Shown here: piece by piece, positions 23,101 through 32,100 of the stretch | Layout: every line of letters starts with the position of its first letter | How positions within the stretch are numbered: position 1 is the first letter of the stretch | Source of the DNA: Cetorhinus maximus | Taxonomy: Eukaryota | Direction of reading: 5' to 3' | Assembly: GCF_964194155.1 (NCBI RefSeq) | Contig: NC_135890.1 | Span: forward strand, 95,294,001 to 95,358,000 | DNA length: 64,000 bases | Position numbers and translations under genes: made by a program | Notes under the pieces: model-generated | What the model saw: the letters and a program-made list of their open reading frames with translations, nothing else | The model's database searches: none | What the model was told of the DNA's origin: nothing

Positions 23101-26100
23101 TACAATCATCAGTGAACATCCCCACTTCTGACCTTATGATGGAAGGAAGGTCATTGATGAAGCAGCTGAAGATGGTTGGGTCTTGGACACTACTCTGAGG
23201 AACTCCTGCAGTGATGTCCTGGAGCTGAAATATCTGACCTCCAACAACCACAACCATCTTCCTTTGTGCTAGGTATGACTCCAACCAGTGGAGAGTTTCC
23301 CCCCTGATTCCCATTGATTCCAGTTTTGTTATGGCTCCTTGATGCCATACTCGGTCAAATGCAGCTTCGATGTCAAGGGCAGTCATTCTCACCTCGCCTC
23401 GGGAGTTCAGCTCTTTTGTCCATGTTTGAACCAAGACTGTAATGAGGTGAGGAGCTAGTGGCCCTGATGGAACCCAAACTGGGCATCAGTGAGTAATTTA
23501 TTGCTAAGCGAGTGCTGCTTGATAGCACTGTTGATAATCCCTACCGTTACTTCACTGATGATTGAGAATGGACTGGGTGTGGTAATTGGCTGGGTTGGAC
23601 TTGTGCTGCTTTTTGTGTATGGGACATACCTGGGCAATTTTCCATATTGCATTTAGATACCGGTGTTGTAGCTTTACTGGAACAGCTTGGGTAGGGGCAG
23701 GGCAAGTTCTGGAGCACAAGTCTTCAGTACTATTGCCGGAATATTGTCAGGGCCCATAGCCTTTGCAGTATCCAGTGCTTTCTTGCCATTTCTTGATATC
23801 ACATGGAGTGAATTGAATTGGCTGAAGATTGGCATCTGTGATGCTGGGACCTCCTGTGGAGGCCGAGATGGATCATCCACTTGGCACTTCTGGCCGAAGA
23901 TTGTGGCAAATGCTTCAGCCTTATCTTTTGCGCTGATGTGCTGGCTGCCCCCATCATTGAGGATGGGGATATTTGTGGAGCCGCCTCCTCCAATGTATTG
24001 TTTAATTGCCCACCACTATTTGCGACTGGATGTGGCAGGACTGCAGAACTTAGGTCTGATCCATTGGCTGTGGAACTCCCTCTCCTGTCTATCACTTGTT
24101 GCTTATGCTGTTTGGCATGCAGATAGTCCTGTGTTGTAGCTTCACCAGCTTGACACTTCATGTTTAGGTATGCCTGGTGCTGCTCCTGGCATGCCCTTCT
24201 ACACTCTTCATCGAACCAGGTTTGATCCCCTGGCTTGATGGTAATGGGTAGAGTGGGGTATATGTTGGGCCACGAGGTTACAGATTGTGTTCAAGTACAA
24301 TTCTGTTGCTGCTGATGGCCCACATCGTCTCCTGGATGCCCAATCTTGAGTTGCTAGATCTGTTCAAAATCTATCCCATTTAGCACGATGGTAGTGCCAC
24401 ACAACACGATGGAGGGTATTATCAATGTGAAGGTGGCACTTCATCTCCACAATTGTGCAGTGGTCACTCCTACCAATACTATCATGGACAGATGCAGGCA
24501 GGTTGGTGAGGTATGTTTATCTGTCTTGTTGGTTCCCTCACCACAATCCGCAGACCCAGTCTAGCAGCTATATCCTTTAGGACTTCGCCAGCTTGGTCAG
24601 TAGTGGTGCTACTGAGCCAATCTTGGTGATGGACATTGAAGTCTCCCACCCAGAGTACGTTCTGCGCCCTTGCCACCCTCTGTGCCTCCTCCAAAAGGTG
24701 TTCAACATGGAGGAGCACTGATTCATCGGTTGAGGCAGTACGTGGTAATCAGCAGGAGGTTTCCTTGCCCATGTTTGATCTGATGCCATGAGACCTCATG
24801 GGGTCCGGAGTCGATGTTTGAGGACTCCCAGGGCAACTACCTCCCGCCTGCATACCATTGCGCTGCCATCTCTGCTGGGCCTCTCCTGCCAGTGAGACAG
24901 GACATACCCAGGAGTGGTGATGGTGGTGTCTGGGACATTTTCTGTAAGATATGGTTCCATGAAGATGACTGTCAGGCTGTTGCTTGACTAGTCTGTCAGA
25001 CAGCTCTCCCAATTTTGGCACTAGCCCACAGATGTTAGTAAGGAGGACTAAGGGTCAACAGGGTGAGTTGGCCGTTGATGCCAGGTGGTTTCATTCCTTT
25101 TTTGAGACTTTGTAGTGGTTTGATACGACTGCGTGGCTCGCTAGGCCATTTTCAGAGGGCATTTAAGAGTCAACCTTCATTGCTGTAGGCCAGACCAGGT
25201 AAGGACAGCAGATTTCCTTCCTTAAAGGATATTAGTGAACCAGATGGGTTTTTACAACAATCGACTATGGTTTCATGGTCATCATTAGACTTTTAATTCA
25301 AATTCCACCATCTGCCATGGTGGGATTTGAACCCGGGTCCCCAGAGCATTACCCTGGGTCTCTGGATTACTAGTCCAGTCCAGTGACAATGCCACTACAC
25401 CATCGCCTCCCCAGCAACTATTATGCAATTTTAACATTTCTGAGAACCAGGAAAATTCAAGTGGAAAAGAATGAATAACTCCACGCAATTTTTTCCAGAA
25501 ATCGTGATTTGACCACTACAAATATAGGTCACTAAAGTTAGTTACATAGGATTATATAGTATATAAGGCACAGAAATGGGCCATTCAGCCCAACCAGTCC
25601 ATGTTGGTGTTCATGCTTTTATGCTCCACTTGAGTCTCCTCCCGCTTTTTCTCTCATTAATCTACCATTGTAACCATCTATTCTCTTCTCCCTCAAATGC
25701 TTGTCTATAAGACCATAAGATGTAGGAGCAGAAGTAGGCCATTCGGCCGATTGAGTCTGCTCCGCCATGCAATGAGATCATGTCTAGCTTCCCTTTAAAT
25801 GCATCTATATGACTTGCTTCAACTACTCCCCGTGGTAGCAAGTTCTGTATTCTTAATGCTCTTTGGGTGAGGAAATTTCTTCTGAATTCCGTATTAGATT
25901 TCTTATTGACTATCTTATTTTAGTGACCTCTAGTTATGCTCTTCCCCAGAAGAGGAGATATTCTCTCCATATCCATTCTATCAAAACCTTTCGTAGTTTT
26001 AAAGACCTCCATTAAGTCACCCCTCAGCCTTCATTTTTCAAGAGAAAAGAGACTCAATCTGCCAATCCTTTCCCGATATGTATACCCACCCATTTCTGAT

Positions 26101-29100
26101 ATCATCCTGAAAATCATCTTTGTACCATCTCCAATACCTCCATGTCCTGCACCTGAACTGCACACTATTATTATGTTTAGCCTAACCAAGTTACGATGCA
26201 GGTTCAGCATAACTTCCCTACTTTTTAATTCTATTCCTCCAGAAGTAAAGTATAATGCTTGGTATGCTTCTTTTAATAGCCGCAGATAAAAATTCTGTTT
26301 CTGAGAAAGAGTTGATCCATGATGTAGTGTATTTTTATAATGTAGAGTACAGTGACAATTAGTTAGAAAAGTTGAGAAAAAAGTCCATTTGAAGTATAAA
26401 CAAAATGCTGGAAAAACTGAGGGTCAGCAAAAACAGTGTTACATTTCAGACCTAAGATCTTTTCACCGGAACTGGAAAATGCTACTACGTAATATACTGC
26501 GCTAATGAAAGCGTGAGCATGAAATGCAACTTTTACAGTCGGAAGTAAGGAGGAAAAACATGTAAACATAAGAAATAGGGGCAGGAATAGGCCATTCGGT
26601 CCCTCAAGCCTGCTCTGCCATTCAGCTAGATTATTGCTGATTTTTACCTCAACGCCATTTCCTGCACTATCCCCATATCCCTTGATATCTTTAACCTAGT
26701 AATCTATCAATCTCTGTCTTGAATATGCTCAATGACAGCCCCCACAGCCCTCTGGAGTAGAGAATTCCAAAGATTCACTACCCTCTGAAGAAATTCCTCC
26801 TCATCTCAGTCCTAAATGGCCTACCTCGTTTTCTAGTGTCTCTCCTGGTTCTGGAGCCCCCATCAAGGGAAAAGATTTTTTCTGCATCTAAAATAAAAAC
26901 AAAATACTGCAGATGCCGGAAATCTGAAATATAAACAGAAAGCGCTGGAAAATCTCAGCAGGTCTGGCAGCATCTGTGGAGAGAGAAACAAGAGTCATAT
27001 TGGATTCAAAATGTTAGCTCTGTTTCCCTCTCCACAGATGCTGCCAGACCTGCTGAGTTTTTCCAGCACTTTGTTTTTATTTTCTGCATCCTTCCTGTTG
27101 AGTCCTATAAGAATTTTGTATGCTTCAATGAGATCACCTCTCATTCTTCTAAACCCTAGAGAATGTAAACCCAGTCTCCTCAATCACTCTAATCAGTTTT
27201 GTCAAACATGATTTCCCTTTCATAAATCCACGTTGACTCTGCCCAGTTCTACCATTATTTGATTATATCCTTTATAATAAACTCTCGCATTTTCCCAACT
27301 ACTGATGTCAGGCTAACAGGTTTTGTAGTTCCCTGTTTTCTCTCTCCCTCCTTTCTTAAATAGTGGGGTTACATTTGCTACCTTCCAACCTGCAGAAACC
27401 ATTCAGAACCTATAGAATTTTGGAAGTTGACCACCAACACATCCACTATCTCTAGAACCTCATCTTTCAACACTGGGATGTAGATCATCAGGTGAAGGGG
27501 ATTTATCAACTTCAGTCCCATTAATTTCTCCAGTACTTTTTTTCACTAATACTAATTTCTTTCAGTTCCTCATTCTCGCTAGTCCCTTAGTTTTTTAGTA
27601 TTCCTAGGAAGTTTTGTATCTTCCTCTGTGAAAAGTTAATCAAGGGCAACTGGCACTGCTTTGTTAAAGGCAATGCATTTAAAAGTGTTCTTTTGAAGAA
27701 TTTATCAGTTGACTAGCTAAAAAGAATGCATTGTGGGTGTGTAATAGCTTTTCTGAAGTTGTTTGATAAGATGCCCCACAAGTGGCTTGTTAGAATTCAG
27801 GGACATGGTTTAGGAGAAAGTGTAGCAGCATGGTTAGGAAGTTGGTTGACAGAAAAGAAACTGAGGATAATTTATTGTTACTTGGACTGGAAAAGGGTTG
27901 GAAGTGGTGTAACCAATGGGTGTGTGTTTATTTCACGTTTATTCTTGGCAAAAGTAGATGACTTGGACTTGGGTGTAGGGAAGACAATCTCAAAATTTGC
28001 TAACATCAGGTAGAAAGTTTGATCATGAAACAGGATCTAAATAATTTAAGAAAGATAATAGACCTGTCAGCAAAATGAACAGGCAGGTGGCAGATATGGA
28101 ATAAGTATAAGGTGATAATTTGGGGTGAAAAAAAGAAGAAATGAGACATTGTGAGGTTCAGCTATGAAATTCTATGAAAGAGCCAGTGGGTTTTATAAAT
28201 GAGGCACAGAGTCCAAGAGTTAAAGCAGTAAATCTAAATACATACAAAACACTTGTTGACCTAATGGGGAGTTAAAACGAAGTGTACTGTTCAAGTTAAG
28301 TAGGGTTGGAGGGTGAGGAGATAATTGGACCATGAAAGAAAGATGGAGAAGTGAGAAGCACAAGGATAGTTGGTGAGGAAGTAGGAGATTTAAGGCAGAC
28401 GTGTAAAGAGAATGGTCAATTACTGGACTAGATGCCATAATTCTACTCATTAGGTGAGAGGTGCATATGCTAATTCATGTTCAGGTTGCTGTGATATCGG
28501 GTTATGGTAGCAGAATTCTTTTGTGGGAGAATTCAGCTCTAGGTATATGTTGTTTCTCATCTGGGATGGGAGGGGTTCCGTACCAGGTGCTATTTGGCAC
28601 TCTATAAAGGTAGCCACCTTTTTTTAAAAAAAAATTTCTTTTATTCAGGGCTCAGGTGCAGTTCGAGCAACCTTAACCCATCAATTAATCAACAATGGTT
28701 TACTTTTGGGTACTGTTCATGGTGAGTACAGTCAGGTTGGCACATCATTTTAGGTGGAACTCCAATGAATTCAGTTGTATTAGAATATGAAAACGACCTA
28801 CATTTACAATACAGGTTCAATTTTGGCACTGGGTAACACTTTAAATATCTAAAAGATTGATCAAATCTTAGCTGGAATCCATATGCAGTTTTGGATGCTC
28901 TAAAATAGGCTATTATAGCCATAGACTCACTGGAATGATATGAGGGGTGGGAAATTGTCGTTACGAGGTAAAATGAGATATTAGACTATTTCTAGCAGAG
29001 CGAGAGACCAAGAGGAGAATAAATAGAGGTTTTTAAAATTATGAAGTTTTGATCATGAACAGAGAAAGACTTTCTTTTGGTTGGGAGTCAGTGATGAGGG

Positions 29101-32100
29101 GTTATAAAAATTATAGGATGACACAGCACAGAAGGTGGTGATTTGGCCCATTGAGTCTGAACAGGCTCTTTGAAAGAGCCATCCATTTAATCCCATTCCC
29201 CAGCCCCTTCCCCATATCCCTGCAAAATTTTTCCCTTTGAGTATTTATAAAAATTTCCTTTCAAATGTTACTGAACTGGTTTCTGACTCTCTTCCAGGCA
29301 GTGAATTCCAGGTCGTTACATTTGACTACAATTTTTAAAATAAAATTCTCATGTCACATTGGGTTCTTTTCCCAGTCACCTTAAAATTGTCTTCCGGTTG
29401 CCAACCTTTCTGCCCCTGGAAAGTTTATTCCTATTTACTCTATCAAAAATCTTCACGATTTTGAACACTTTGAAATCTCCTGTTAACCTTTTCTGTTCTA
29501 GGAACAGCAATACCTGCTTCTTCAGTCTCCATGTAATTAAAGTCCCACAAGGAGGGAGGCAGTGGCATAGTGGTATTGCCACTGGACCGGTATTCCAGAG
29601 ACCGAGCGTAATGCTTTGGGGACCCGGGTTCGAATCCCACCACGGCAGCGGGTGAAATTTGAATTCAATAAAAATCTGGAATTAAAAGTCTGAAGATGTT
29701 GATAGTTGTAAAAACCCATCTGGTTCACTAATCCCCTTTAGGGAAGGAAATCTGCTGTCTTTGTCTGGCCTACATGTGATTCCAGACCCACAGCCATGTG
29801 GTTGACAAGTGTGATGTCCAGAAATGTGATCCAGTGATTTATAAATGTTTAGCTTGCTTCATGCTCTGTTTATAAAGCCTATGCTTTTTAAACGGTGCTG
29901 CCATCTTTAAAGATTTATTCACATGCATCCCAGGTCCCTCTGTTAGTTTATATTACCTCTCCTCAGTGTACCTGTCAAAATGAGGTACTTCATGTTTCTC
30001 TGCATTTAATCATACCTGCCTTATGTCTGGTCATTTGGCCAGTCTGTCTCTGTCCTCCATGAGTTTGTCACTGTCTTCCTCACCGATGGCTTACATTTCT
30101 AAGTTCTGTGTTACCTGCAAACTCTGAAATTATGCCCATGTATAAACAAATCCAATTCTCTGGCACATTTCAAAATTAGCAATTTAAAATGATCAAGAGT
30201 AAGGAGAGGGCTTAGGAGAAATTTATTTACAAAGAGAGTATGGAATGCTCTGCTTCCCTTTGTTTTTAAGGGAAAGTTGGATAAATATTTGAAATGGAGA
30301 ATGATGCAAATATATGAGTAGATAACTCAACAATTAAGATTAGTGTTAAACTTAACTAGTACAGACACAGTAGGCTCTGAATAGTCCCTTCATGTTCTGT
30401 GAATATCACTGGTTCTACAGGAAGGTTTTGGGATGCAGAACAAATATTCCATTAAATAAATTACTTTTATTTTAACCAGATAGTGCAAATCTCCTATGAG
30501 AAATCAAACAAAATAATTCTAATGTAAAAAAAACTAGGAAATGGTGTTAAGACAGGAAGAGCAAAGTTTTTTGCTAAAAATATTATATGGTGGCAGATTA
30601 ATAGTATTACAAATATCAAGAATCTATATGAAAGTGTAAATTAGTTTGACTTTGTGTCAGTTGTGATAAATTGCACCAGCAGATTTGCTGTATTACAGCA
30701 CAAAGCAAACTGCAGTTTGTTTTAGGCTGCTACAGTATCATGGTAAACCTCAAGAACAACACTCCTGACCACAAATTAATTGTAAGCAGCACCAAGATGA
30801 TCTAGTTATCTATTTAATTTTACTATTTTTCTATCTAATGACCTATCCTTCTTAGTCTTTCTTTCTGTAAGATTTTAAATTGTTGACTTGTGTTTATCTT
30901 TCTCCAAGTCAGTTTTATGTACCTGTAGTGGATTTTCACATGTCTCTTCTGTTCTATTCAAGGATAAGTCACAGACTGCAGAATTATGGGAAAAGCTAAA
31001 TTTTGGTAACAAGGACCAAAATGTTAAATTCCGAAAATTAATGGGCATCAAGGTGAGTTGTGTTAAGAACAGTAACAGTAGAACATCATTTTTCTTTTGT
31101 GAATTTTTAAAAATGTCACTGATGAGAACAAAATAAAATAGCAAGTTGATTCCTGGAAAACATTAATGCTGTTAGAATGAAATAATGTATATCTGCTACA
31201 GTGGATGGTTTTTGAGTTAAAGCTATTTGAGCATTGCAGCCACTTATGATAAATATCACTTGAACCAAGTGGCTGTGGGAAGAAATTCTACACCTTGGTG
31301 GGCAAAAAGGGATTGGACTTACCTCTTAGTTAAATTGTATTCCAAAGTCCTCGAGTCCGTTGCCACCTTCCATATCTATTCATCTTTTCTGGAACAGGTC
31401 TCCACCCCTGCCACTGTACTGAAATGGCTGTTATCAATGTCATAAGTTACATCTTATGTGACTCACGAAGGGAAACCATCTCTCCTCATCCTTCTTGACC
31501 TTCACGAAGGGAAACCATCCCTCCTCATCCTTCTTGACCCATCTGTCACTTTTGACATGGTTGACTACACCATCCTCCTCCAATGCCTCTTCGCTGTTAT
31601 ACATCTGGGTGGGGTGGTTCTCACTTAGTTCCATTCCCAATGTATCCAGAGTATCATTTGCAGTGGCTTCTCTTCCTGCTCCTCCACGATTACCCCCCCC
31701 ACCCCCCCATCCAAGGATCTATGCTTGACCCCATCCTAATTCTCAAATACATGCTGCCCCTTGGGGGCATCATTTGAACAGTAAAAGTACAGCATTAGTT
31801 TTCACATGTGTGCTGACAACACCCAGTTGTACCTTGCCATGACCTCTCTTGACTCCTCCATGTTGCTAAATTATCAGATTGCTTATTCAACTTTGAGGAC
31901 TGAATGAGCAGTAATCTTCTCCAATTAAATATCAGGAAGAAACCTTTGTTTTTGGTGCTGCTCCAAACTCTGTTCCCTAGGTACCAAAGCCATTATTCTC
32001 CCTCGCAAAACTCTTTAAGACGATAATGCCAACTGTTACTGCAAACGACAGAATAGTGCAACACTCAAGAGAATCACAGTTGGTTTCTTTTAAATAGTTT

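Noticed and set aside
29551-29645. tRNA-like A/B boxes (also 25320-25410 and 4850-4910)
   Set aside because: Retroposon heads without a proper cloverleaf; not tRNA genes
31463-31540. 2 x 39-bp tandem duplication
   Set aside because: Local slippage inside a dead L2
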